Shown here: piece by piece, positions 30,873 through 40,293 of the stretch
Numbering within the stretch: position 1 is the first letter of the stretch
Layout: each line of letters opens with the position of its first letter
NCBI GenBank assembly: GCA_963812015.1
Contig: CAWETI010000003.1
Span: 384,001-448,000 of the forward strand
Source of the DNA: an uncultured delta proteobacterium
GTDB taxonomy: Bacteria > Desulfobacterota > Desulfobaccia > Desulfobaccales > 0-14-0-80-60-11
DNA length: 64,000 bases
Reading direction: 5' to 3'
Position numbers and translations under genes: made by a program
Notes under the pieces: model-generated
What the model was told of the DNA's origin: nothing
Databases searched by the model: none
What the model saw: the letters and a program-made list of their open reading frames with translations, nothing else

Positions 30873-31285
30873 GAACATCTCCTGGGGCCAGGTTAGAGTG
30901 GAGGTCAGAATGCTCTTGTGGCCGACATGATAGCATAAATTTCCCTGAGAAAACAATTAAGGCCCCCTGGAAGCAACTCCCTCTAATGGTGCGCCTGGAG
31001 AAGATGCGAAGCCACATGCACATGCCACCTCTGGGGAAAGGTAACTCGATAGCTGTCGAAATCTTGCTTTGAGAAGGGTATTCAAAATAAGCGGATAGCT
31101 TGCCACCAACGAAACTTCTCAAAAATTCCAAACTCTTGCGGATATGATTTTGATACCTGGCGTGTCATTTGTGGGGGACCATGCAAGGATTGGGATGGAA
31201 AAAGGTATAATCCATGGGGGCAGGGCAAAAGTGATTTCAGATTCAGGCTTAGGCCTCAATCTCCATAGAAATAGAGGGTTGGGCA

Positions 31286-31549
31286 ATGCATACGGATGAA
31301 TATGAGATATCTATTGGTAGGGAAATCGCCTTTTGCCGGAAAATGGTGAGGCAGTTGAAAGATTCGCTCGAAAGGCGGGAGAAGCAATGCGGAATGACGA
31401 CGGAAGCGTTTCTACAAACCCTCGAGGAAGGATGCCTGTCCGAACAGCATCCCATACAGAGTTGGAGCCAAGAATATCAAGAGTTGCGGTACTGGCAAAA
31501 GATGTTGACCGAATACGAAGAAGCCCTGGAGAGCCTCAAATGGCTCTGA
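31286..31549 (+). CDS. Small coiled-coil hypothetical protein
   Basis: 87-aa ORF with GAGGG RBS. Confidence 0.6.
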   Translation: MHTDEYEISIGREIAFCRKMVRQLKDSLERREKQCGMTTEAFLQTLEEGCLSEQHPIQSWSQEYQELRYWQKMLTEYEEALESLKWL

Positions 31550-31789
31550 GGCAGCCAGGAACCCTACAGGAAGGGGACCGTGCCGCGGGGGCGCGTAACT
31601 TGCCAAACCCTTGAACTTTTCAAAATTTCCAATAAAGTACCGATATGGCCTGGATAGCGAAATGGGCGTTTAGTGGGGGCCAGCGCGTCGGATGATATTA
31701 AATTTTGATGCGGAGGTCTATGGTCAGGTTTCGACCATGACCATTTAACCCTATAGTGGTAGGAAAGATAGTTGCTGAAGAGGATTTCG

Positions 31790-32281
31790 ATGGTCCCCCG
31801 GTTTCCCCCACCTAACCCGGTTTTTATGCGTCGGGCCCTGGATGAGGTCCGAGCGCACCTGGCGGAGATGGCCGGGGGTCCTTTTGGGGCCTGCCTGGTG
31901 CGGGGAGATGCAGTGCTGGCCGTGGGCCATAACACGGTGCTCCAAGACCAAGACCCCACCTGCCACGCCGAGATGAAGGCCATCCGCCTGGCGGCAAGGC
32001 AGCTCGGGAGTTATGACCTGTCGGGCTGTGAGATCTACTCCACCAATGAACCCTGCCCCATGTGCTTTGCGGCGATTCACTGGGCCCGCATCGGCCGGCT
32101 GATCTTCGGCACTACCATAGAAGAGGTGGCCCGGCTGGGCTTCAACGAGATGGCCATGGACAGCCAGCAGATGCAGACTCTGGGCCGGAGCCCGGTGGTT
32201 ATTTATCCCGGCTTTCTGCTGGCCGAATGCCGGCAGCTCCTGACGACGTGGGACCGGATGCCGGGGCGCCAGGTCTATTGA
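31790..32281 (+). CDS. Nucleoside/guanine deaminase (cytidine deaminase fold)
   Basis: GGPFGA, DPTCHAE, EPCPMC. Start uncertain (31772-31826). Confidence 0.9.
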   Translation: MVPRFPPPNPVFMRRALDEVRAHLAEMAGGPFGACLVRGDAVLAVGHNTVLQDQDPTCHAEMKAIRLAARQLGSYDLSGCEIYSTNEPCPMCFAAIHWARIGRLIFGTTIEEVARLGFNEMAMDSQQMQTLGRSPVVIYPGFLLAECRQLLTTWDRMPGRQVY

Positions 32282-32383
32282 GGGGACACCGGGTCCAGCC
32301 GGCCGCCACCCCCCGAGTCCCGGGAAAACTGCCGGCGGTTTACTGTCAAGTTGTGCTCATAGAAGTAAGAAAAGGTTCTTTCC

Positions 32384-32442
32384 GTGGGGGGCACCTGCGT
32401 GTGCGCCATCAATCCGGGCGGACACATGGGTCCGCCCCTACA
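32384..32442. repeat. REP-like element, same family as 1117-1178
   Basis: Shares GGGCGGACACATGGGTCCGCCCCTACA. Confidence 0.75.
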
Positions 32443-32590
32443 TAAAAATATTACCTAGTGGAGCGCAACCTGGTATAAGTCGGTTTTCCTTTACGCCTGG
32501 AGAGAGAATTTGCTAAACTGGCGGCACGCTATGGCCCAAGTACGGGATTCGGCAAGGTCATAGAGTCCACGTGTGGATGGAGGAAAGGTC

Positions 32591-33199
32591 ATGAACATAA
32601 GCGGAGGTGGGAGGCGCGGCTTGCTGATCCTGGCCGGCTGCCTCATGGTGGGTTTAATTTTGGGAGCCGGGGCGAGCGCCCGGGCAGAAAGGAGTCATCC
32701 GTTGGTCAAGCTGGAAACGAGTATGGGAGATATCACCCTGGAGTTGTATCCGGACAAGGCCCCGGCTACCGTGGCCAATTTCCTGGAGTATGTCAAAGCG
32801 GGATTTTATAACGGCACTATTTTTCACCGGGTCATCAGTACCTTTATGATCCAGGGCGGCGGTTTGGATGCCCAGATGAATAAGAAGGCGACCCGGGCGC
32901 CCATCAAAAATGAAGCCGACAACGGCCTGACCAATGACGCCTATACCGTCGCCATGGCCAGGACCAACAACCCGGATTCGGCCACGGCGCAGTTCTTCAT
33001 CAGTGTGGCCAATAACACCTTTCTCAACCACACCGGGAAGACGCCCCAGGGTTGGGGATATGCGGTGTTCGGCAAGGTGGTCAAGGGCCAAGAGGTAGTG
33101 GATAAGATCAAGGCGGCGCCCACCGCCACGCGGGGCGATTGCGAGAATGTGCCCCAGGAGCCGGTAACCATTACCAAGGCCAGCGTGGTGGAGCAATAG
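32591..33199 (+). CDS. ppiA: Cyclophilin-type peptidyl-prolyl isomerase with signal peptide
   Basis: FHRVI..FMIQGGG, AMART..PDSATAQFFI, GYAVFGKVV. Confidence 0.92.
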   Translation: MNISGGGRRGLLILAGCLMVGLILGAGASARAERSHPLVKLETSMGDITLELYPDKAPATVANFLEYVKAGFYNGTIFHRVISTFMIQGGGLDAQMNKKATRAPIKNEADNGLTNDAYTVAMARTNNPDSATAQFFISVANNTFLNHTGKTPQGWGYAVFGKVVKGQEVVDKIKAAPTATRGDCENVPQEPVTITKASVVEQ

Positions 33200-33209
33200 G
33201 CGCGAGACT
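33033..33209 (+). repeat. 177-bp direct repeat, copy 1 (3' end of cyclophilin gene)
   Basis: Matches 33948-34124 with one visible mismatch (GTA/GTG). Confidence 0.92.
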
Positions 33210-33605
33210 CCTCTTTATATAGATAGTCGCTAACCGTTCCCCTTTTTTTGGGCAGAAAGGAGTTTTCGACTCCAGACCGCTGGGGAAAAACCATGACCGG
33301 CAAATCCAATTAAGCCGAATTCAAAAAAATAATCATCTATTCACCCTTCCATTAACCAGTATTTTTCATCCACAAAAATCAGTGGATTTCCCTATGGTGC
33401 TCTTCACGGGGCACCATTATAATCCGTATCAGAGATAAGAATTATGGAGCTAGATGAATTACCCAAGTCAACCGGGTTGGTCTATTAATTGAATGAATAA
33501 ATTCTATCAAAGAGGTTTATCAATAAAATTTCTCACCGCCAATTAAGCTTTATTAAGAATAAACAAAAATATCTAATTTAACATGTATCGTAAGGAGGCG
33601 ATATT

Positions 33606-33923
33606 ATGATCAACGTTCAGGTAAAAAATAATGTCCATAATATGTTTTATAAGCAAATTGAGCCCAGACATGTGACTATAAAGTTAATGGATGGGGCCAT
33701 TGTAAGGGGTAAGATTAATTTACTTGCCGAATCTACCCAAGATTTTGGGATGATAGATAAGCATGATAATGAGATGGGAATTTTTTATCAAAGAGTGAGC
33801 GATCTCTTTACGGCTGGTCGAAACCCCTTTATAGTGGTGTTCGACGCGACTGCCGATTGTCAGGATAGCAAGGTATTTATCATCAATAAATTAAATATTT
33901 CCTGGGTCGCTCCGGAAGATTAG
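33606..33923 (+). CDS. AT-rich hypothetical protein (DUF6812-like, tentative)
   Basis: AAGGAGG RBS; GKINL...RVSDLF...PFIVVFDA...IINKLNISWVAP. Confidence 0.65.
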   Translation: MINVQVKNNVHNMFYKQIEPRHVTIKLMDGAIVRGKINLLAESTQDFGMIDKHDNEMGIFYQRVSDLFTAGRNPFIVVFDATADCQDSKVFIINKLNISWVAPED

Positions 33924-33947
33924 AGCAACTTCTCCAGGAACACATCT

Positions 33948-34124
33948 CCGGGAAGACGCCCCAGGGTTGGGGATATGCGGTGTTCGGCAAGGTGGTCAAG
34001 GGCCAAGAGGTGGTGGATAAGATCAAGGCGGCGCCCACCGCCACGCGGGGCGATTGCGAGAATGTGCCCCAGGAGCCGGTAACCATTACCAAGGCCAGCG
34101 TGGTGGAGCAATAGGCGCGAGACT
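33948..34124 (+). repeat. 177-bp direct repeat, copy 2 (orphan cyclophilin 3' fragment)
   Basis: Near-identical to 33033-33209. Confidence 0.92.
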
Positions 34125-34187
34125 TCCCCTCTAACAGAGCTAAGAGATATAGCGTTTGCCAAAAATTTCTTCTGATTGCCGGTTTTT

Positions 34188-34280
34188 TAAATCCCCCTAA
34201 ATCCCCCTTTTTCAAAGGGGGACTTTCAAAGGAATTTCGCTAAGTTCCTCCCTTGGTAAAAGGGAGGGAGGGGGGATTTG
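34188..34280. repeat. AAATCCCCC...GGGGGATTT-type palindromic intergenic repeat
   Basis: Terminal inverted repeat with two internal hairpins. Confidence 0.65.
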
Positions 34281-34385
34281 GGTTCTTGGAGCATGTGTCA
34301 TAATGGAAAAAACTTTTGGCATTTCCTCTAAGTGCAAGGGCGGACCCCCAGGTCCGCCCTTTTTTGGTGGAGGGCAGCCAAGTCT

Positions 34386-35285
34386 TCAGGTGCGGGGCTT
34401 AACCCGGGAACCGTAGCGGTTGGCGTAGACCTGGGTAATTTCGGCGCCGAGGAGAAAAACCTGGGCGGAATAGTAGACCCACATGAGGATAATGGCCAGG
34501 GAACTGGCGGCCCCGTAGGCCGACCGGATGGTGCTGCGGGCCAGATACATGCCGAAGAGGAATTTGCCCAGGGTAAAGAGGATGGCGGTGATGGCCGACC
34601 CGACCCAGACATCGGCCCAGGCGATTTTCACATCGGGGAGAACTTTGTAGACCACGGCGAACAGGAGGGTAATCAGGAGGAAGGATAGGGCGAAATCGCC
34701 CGCCTGGATGAAAAATGGCGGCACCGGCAACAGGTTTTGGAAGAATCGGGTTACCAAGGACAGGACGATGCTGAGGGTGAAGGATAAGACCAGGAGGAGT
34801 CCGACGATCAGGATCATGGCGAATGACAGCAACCGCTCCTTAACCAGATTCCAGAGGGAGGACCTGGAGTTCGGTTTGGCGCCCCACATGATGTTGAGGG
34901 CACGTTTGAGCATGACAAAGGCGCTGGTTGAACCGACCAAGAGGACAGTGATGCCGATGATGCTGGCCCCCAGGCCCGTACCGGGCCGATAGGCGTGTTT
35001 AATCATCATCTTGACGGCGGCCGCCCCTTGGGGCCCGATTAATTCGTGGACCCGCCGTAAGATTTCCCCCTGCATGGTTTTCTCGCCGAGGATAAAGCCG
35101 AAAACGGCAATAACGACGATGAGGAGGGGGGCCAGGGAAAATGTGGTGTAAAAGGCCAGGGCGGCCCCCAGGGTCATGGCCCGGTCTTTGATCCAGTTAT
35201 GGTAAGTCTCGGTGAGAAAACCCCAGGCGGGCCTTACCTGAGGCGGCTTTTTCTGGGGGCCGGACACCGGCGGCTCGTGAGGCAT
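34386..35285 (-). CDS. YihY/BrkB family membrane protein
   Basis: GAALAFYTTFSLAPLL, AYGAASSL..ILMWVYYSAQVFLLGAE. Confidence 0.92.
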   Translation of the reverse strand: MPHEPPVSGPQKKPPQVRPAWGFLTETYHNWIKDRAMTLGAALAFYTTFSLAPLLIVVIAVFGFILGEKTMQGEILRRVHELIGPQGAAAVKMMIKHAYRPGTGLGASIIGITVLLVGSTSAFVMLKRALNIMWGAKPNSRSSLWNLVKERLLSFAMILIVGLLLVLSFTLSIVLSLVTRFFQNLLPVPPFFIQAGDFALSFLLITLLFAVVYKVLPDVKIAWADVWVGSAITAILFTLGKFLFGMYLARSTIRSAYGAASSLAIILMWVYYSAQVFLLGAEITQVYANRYGSRVKPRT

Positions 35286-35324
35286 GGTGGGGTTACCTTC
35301 CCGGGTTTTGACCCGCTACGGTGC

Positions 35325-35625
35325 TTATGCGCCGATGATTTTCACCAGCACCCGTTTGCGGCGGCTACCGTCAAACTCGCCGTAGAAGATCTGCTCCCAG
35401 GGTCCGAAATCCAGCTTGCCCCGGGTGACGGCCACCACCACCTCCCGCCCCATGATCTGCCGCTTCATATGGGCGTCGGCGTTATCCTCCCCGACGTTGT
35501 GGCGATACTGGGACACGGGGGCGTGGGGGAGCCAGCTTTTCCAGCCAGACCTCGTAGTCGTGATGCAAGCCGGCCTCATCGTCATTGATAAAGACGCTGG
35601 CGGTGATGTGCATGGCATTTACTAA
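35325..35625 (-). pseudogene. yjbQ: 3' part of YjbQ (UPF0047), 5' end displaced by island; +1 frameshift in C run near 35525
   Basis: [22 protein letters not shown] and, in another frame, [11 protein letters not shown]...[17 protein letters not shown]-terminus absent. Confidence 0.88.
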
Positions 35626-37310
35626 GTATATTATCTTTAACCTTTGATTCCTCCCCGAACATCGCAGGGTTGGCATCAAGCATGACCCTCGAAATGCTTG
35701 ATGCCAACTTCCCGTCATCCTTCCTCACATACAGGTCTTCATCCGCCAGCGTGAAGAAGGCCCCGCTCCGGGCCTCCACCCATCCCCTGACGGCCCCCAG
35801 CTTCCCGTAGGCCTCGAATTTGTAGCGCCTGGGCCTTGCCCCCCAGGTCCTGGACATAGATGCCGTAGCGCCGCCCGGCCTCATCCTTGCCGCCGAAGAA
35901 CAGCCTTATGATTTTCTTTTGGTACTCGAAGGGGAGCTGATGCAGGGCGGCGCCGCTTTCCAGATAAGAAAAATTTTGCCGCGCCAAGAGTTGGGCCCAC
36001 ATTTCCCGCCTGTCCTCGATCTCCCGGTCAGTGGGCAGGGTGGCGAGGCGGTATTTAAGACCGGCGATCTGGTCCTTCAAGCCCTTCGACCGGGACTCAA
36101 GCTCGATCACCCTGGGCATTATGCGCTCCATAAATGGGGCAACGTTCTCGGTGGTGCCTATTGCGGTAACGTAGCCCTCAAGCTGCCTCTCCACTTGGGC
36201 CAATTCATCCTGTTTCGATTCCAGATCCTCCTGGTACTTGTCCGCCACCTTCCCCAAAGGGTGCCCGTCGAACACGGCCCGCTGCAGGCTGGCCTTGCTC
36301 CCCAGGGCCAGGTAGAGCTCCTCCAGCACTGCCTTTTCCAAGACGTCGGCGTTGACCTGGTAGCGGGGCCTCTTGGCTCCTTGGTAGGGCTTATAATATC
36401 TTTTGCCCATGGCGTTGCAGGTTCCGGTCAGGGCTTTTCCGGTATCCGCATCGAATATCACCCTGGCGAACAGGTAGGGGTGCTTCTGGCCCTTCTTGTC
36501 CCAGGAATTGCGCTCCCCGGACTTTTTCCTGATGGCCATGATGGTTTCTTCCGGTAGGAGGCGAGGGACCTTGGTAATCACGGTTTCATCTATGCCATGC
36601 CGCTTTGAAACGAACCGTTGCTCCCATTCATCGCCACAGCGGTGGCACAGAATCTTCTGCAGGTTGGAGCCGTTCATGCCATGCGCCGGCCCCAGGTAAT
36701 TCCACGAGTTATCACCCTCAAGATAAAGCCGGGCCAACTTCTGGAGTTTGATATGTTTTTGCTCGTCAATGCCTCAGGCCCCGTTGTTGAAGGTGCGCCC
36801 GTAAGGGAGTTTGCCGGAGGCGGGCTGGCCCCGCTGCGCCCTGTTGATGCGGCTCAGGATGGATTTGTAGGATTGCTGGGAGGAGAAGAACTCAGCTGCT
36901 TCTACGCCTATACCGACCACAAAGGCTTGAACAGGGTCAAACAGGTTTATCTGCCGGGCACCCTCAAAGAACCTGATACCCGATTTTTGTAAGACCCTGA
37001 TGTGCTGCTTAGATTTTCCGTTATCCCGGCTCCACCTGGATAAATCGGCCACCATCACGGCATCGAACTGCCGGGCTTGGGCGTCCGCCATCAGCTGCTC
37101 CAGGATTCCCCTTTCATAATCCGGGGTGGCGTGCTCCTGGCCAGCATACCATTTGAAAACTTCTCCACCCAGGGTTTCTATGGCCCTGGTTAGCTGTTCC
37201 CTCTGGACACGCAGGGATTCCCCCTGGCGCTCTTGGGCTTCCGTGCTGACCCGGATCAGGGGCGCGAAAAGCAACTTTTTTTCCTGGTTTCCGGTGTCCG
37301 GTTTTATCAT
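35582..37310 (-). pseudogene. Large serine recombinase with in-frame TGA (36774-36776) and frameshift near 35835
   Basis: IRVSTEAQ catalytic Ser, DLSRWSRD, GKLPYG, recombinase and coiled-coil regions continue in frame past the TGA. Confidence 0.88.
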
Positions 37311-37466
37311 GGGCAGAGCCTCCTATTTAATTTTAACCCGAAACCCGGTTTGGCCCTGGGGAAATATCTCACCTGAACAAACGCCATAACGCCCGCCCGG
37401 CCATCTTCCCCACCAGCCGCCGTTCGATCCGCTTCCCCACGGCCGTGAGGCCTTTCTCAACGGCCC

Positions 37467-37946
37467 CTAAATCTTCCCCTGCATTTTCTGTAAGGACTTT
37501 TGGCAATGGGGGCACCAATCCCCTTGGGAGCCGTCTTCGATATATGCCTTATGCACCTCCCAGCCCCTACATTGAGGACATTGCTTGAGCCTGTCCAGAC
37601 GCTCTTGCAGGGCCTTCTCCACCTGGCGTGCCACGTCCTCGGGGTCGAAGAGGTGTCCGCAAAAGCGACATTTTTGAGCTTCAAGTTTGATCATCTCGGC
37701 ACACATAGAGCATTTCTTGGTCTCCTGGTCTATGGAGATCTCGCCGGCTGAAGCGCCGTTAGCTACCGCAGGGGAGGAGAGGTTGCCCGGCTCGGGTTTG
37801 GGGAGCAGAAGAGCAAAGATTAATCCAAAGGGGCCCAGGAGAAAGCCTAAGGCGAACCAGCCGCAACTACTTCTCCCCTTATTGCTGGCGGCCTCGGTGG
37901 CGGCAACTCCAAAAAGAATCCAGATCACTAAGATTCCAAATATCAT
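37467..37946 (-). CDS. Membrane protein with zinc-ribbon motifs
   Basis: KGRS..GWF.LGFLLGPFGL TM hairpin; CSMCAEMIKLEAQKCRFCG; further CxxC pairs. Confidence 0.8.
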   Translation of the reverse strand: MIFGILVIWILFGVAATEAASNKGRSSCGWFALGFLLGPFGLIFALLLPKPEPGNLSSPAVANGASAGEISIDQETKKCSMCAEMIKLEAQKCRFCGHLFDPEDVARQVEKALQERLDRLKQCPQCRGWEVHKAYIEDGSQGDWCPHCQKSLQKMQGKI

Positions 37947-37987
37947 AATCCCTCGCAGTGCACCTGGCCGGCCTGCTTTATTGCCGC

Positions 37988-38164
37988 CTATAACTTTTCA
38001 TCTCGCTTTAAAAAGGCCTCCAAGTCGCTTTCCCGCACCCGCCACATGCGGGGTCCAGCCTTCAAGCCCTTCAACCTCCCGGTCCGCAGCCACTCCCTCA
38101 CGGTCTCGACCCTCACTTTGAGAATTTTGGCTGCATCTTCAGGGGTAAGCAGGTTTTCTGTCAT
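37988..38164 (-). CDS. Excisionase-like HTH (HTH_17) protein, 58 aa
   Basis: Manual translation MTENLLTPEDAAKILKVRVETVREWLRTGRLKGLKAGPRMWRVRESDLEAFLKRDEKL; AAGGTG RBS; below ORF-track cutoff. Confidence 0.88.
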   Translation of the reverse strand: MTENLLTPEDAAKILKVRVETVREWLRTGRLKGLKAGPRMWRVRESDLEAFLKRDEKL

Positions 38165-38303
38165 AACGTCACCTTACATATGTTTATATAATATTATACC
38201 TGTCTATATGGAAAGTAAAAGGTTTTATTGGGGCTGGAAGGGAAAAAAGAGTCGATGACCTTCTGTTGAATTGGCACCCTTGGCGGAGCTTGTTAAAGGC
38301 ACC

Positions 38304-38331
38304 AAAAAAGAAAAGCGGCCCGGAGGCCGCT
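38304..38331 (-). terminator. Intrinsic terminator
   Basis: Minus strand AGCGGCCTCCGGGCCGCT followed by TTTCTTTTTT. Confidence 0.7.
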
Positions 38332-38504
38332 GGGGGTAAGGCAAATGACTTAGGCCGTCGGCCTATTTGATCGCCACCAGGAATCCGACAATGATGATAA
38401 GGCTCGAGAGGACGGGAACGAAGCAACCCATGGCCGACCCGAATTTGCGCTGCCGCCCAGACCTGGTTAAAGGTATTCCGATCTTCCGGCTGATTCTCCC
38501 CTTG

Positions 38505-38657
38505 TGACCTGCCCCCAGTAGTTGTACCAAGTTTTAAGTTAGGATGGGGGTCAAGTCAAGCCAGAGATCCTGGCTCCGCTATGCTCCGCCAGGATCTCTG
38601 GCTTGACTTGGCCCCAACTCTAACTTAAGTTCTGGTATAATCCGTGGGGGCAGGCCA
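38505..38657. mobile_element. 153-bp palindromic element made of two inverted IS3-family right ends (MITE-like)
   Basis: TGACCTGCCCCCA...TGGGGGCAGGCCA; 38505-38555 is the reverse complement of 63329-63379; central hairpin matches about 61886-61935. Confidence 0.85.
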
Positions 38658-38718
38658 CTGGGACGAAGCGACAAGGGGTCGGCCGGACGACGCCGGAGGG
38701 GGCGCCGACCGGGCCGGC

Positions 38719-40293
38719 TTAACTGAGAGCACTCGGCGAGGGAGGCTGAAGCTTTGCCGGGGGCCGTGAGGCTGCCTTCGAGGCCGCCGGTTGGGTCACC
38801 TTGACAGAGGCCGAGGTCGATTCGCAACTGGCCCGCTCCTGCCCATCTGACTTTAGGGGTACGGTCAGTATGACCCGGGTAACCTGCCCGGGGGGCGAGT
38901 CGATCTCCATACGGCCGCCGAAATAGTTCAAACGTTCCCGGATGCTGAACAGGCCGAACCCTTCTACTTTGCCGGACGCAGCGGAGAGCTTCTCTGGAGC
39001 AAATCCAACCCCGTCATCCTCCACGACTACCCGTAAATAATTACCGTCCCGGCGCATGCGCACTTTGGCGCAGCTTGCCTGGGCATGCTTGAGCACGTTG
39101 AACAGCAATTCGCGCACCGCCCTGAAGAGAAGCACCCGGACTTCATTATCCAGATCTTTGGAACGATCATCATCCTCGACTTCCACCGCCAGGCCATACT
39201 GCTCCTGCATATGCTCCCCCAGCCATTCCATGGTGGCCTCGAACCCCACATCGTAGAGGATGGGGGGGCTGAGTTCGAAGATCAACGACCGGGTGTATCG
39301 GATTGATTCATCAATCAACTTCCGGATTTCTTCTAGGGGCTTGGCAAAGCTGCGATAGAGAGTCGATCCCTGCATTTTTTCGAATTTGCCCTTGGCCAAT
39401 ACCAGCAACTGGGCAATATGATCGTGGAGCGCCGTAGCCAAGCGGCGCCGTTCCCGTTCTTCGGTCAAAGACAGTTCCGAGGCCAGGGATTGCAGCTGTT
39501 CCTGATAGGTGCGAATCTTTTCCTCGCTCTCCCGTCGTTCGGTAATGTCCTCAAACAAGGCGATGACAAATTGTGGTTTTCCCCCCGCATCCCGCACCAG
39601 GGAAATTGACTGCCGCCCCCAGCCGACCCAGCCGTCTTTACGGACATAGCGGGTCTCCAGCCGACAAACATTCTGTTGCCCCGAGAGCAATTGCTGAAAA
39701 GTCGCCCGGCTCAACTCGGCATTCTCCGTCGGGTTGATCCGGGTGAAGTCCAAGCCGCGCAATTCTTCTGATGCATAACCCAGCATGGCCGACAGAGCCG
39801 GGTTCCCCTCAATTACCTGTCCCCGCTTGTCAATGAGGGCTATGCCGATGGCAGCTTCCCGAATAATGGTCCGGAACCGGGACTCACTTTCCAGCAAGGC
39901 CTTTTCCACCCGCCGCCTTTCGGCAATTTCCTGGCGCATCTCTTGGTTGGCCTTTTCCAGTTCAAAGGTCCGGGCTCCGAGCTTTTCCCCCAATTTGACG
40001 TTTTCCCGGCCAAAATCCCGGATGAGTGTCTGGTATTTCACTAAGATGAGATAGGCACAAATAGTCGCCAGAGCGCAACCCAAAATAGCCAGGTAGACAT
40101 TCGAGAGAACCCCGGCGCTTTGAGGTATAACAACTTCCCTGAATAACTGAAAGAGGGAAAAGGCGATAATTGCCTGCAAACTGACCATAATCACCCAGGT
40201 AACCCAGTTATTGACCGTACCTTCGCCCTTATTGGCACTTTTAGATGCGATCCTGGGAGCCGGTTCACCCTCGAAGATTTTCGCAGAGTTCAT
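38719..40293 (-). CDS. PAS sensor histidine kinase, HisKA_3 (NarX/DegS type)
   Basis: EERERRRLATALHD, RELLFNVLKHAQA, DDGVGF, GFGLFSIRER. Confidence 0.92.
   Translation of the reverse strand: MNSAKIFEGEPAPRIASKSANKGEGTVNNWVTWVIMVSLQAIIAFSLFQLFREVVIPQSAGVLSNVYLAILGCALATICAYLILVKYQTLIRDFGRENVKLGEKLGARTFELEKANQEMRQEIAERRRVEKALLESESRFRTIIREAAIGIALIDKRGQVIEGNPALSAMLGYASEELRGLDFTRINPTENAELSRATFQQLLSGQQNVCRLETRYVRKDGWVGWGRQSISLVRDAGGKPQFVIALFEDITERRESEEKIRTYQEQLQSLASELSLTEERERRRLATALHDHIAQLLVLAKGKFEKMQGSTLYRSFAKPLEEIRKLIDESIRYTRSLIFELSPPILYDVGFEATMEWLGEHMQEQYGLAVEVEDDDRSKDLDNEVRVLLFRAVRELLFNVLKHAQASCAKVRMRRDGNYLRVVVEDDGVGFAPEKLSAASGKVEGFGLFSIRERLNYFGGRMEIDSPPGQVTRVILTVPLKSDGQERASCESTSASVKVTQPAASKAASRPPAKLQPPSPSALS

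Noticed and set aside
36774..36776. In-frame TGA as selenocysteine
   Set aside because: The position fits Trp rather than Cys, and the gene also has a frameshift.
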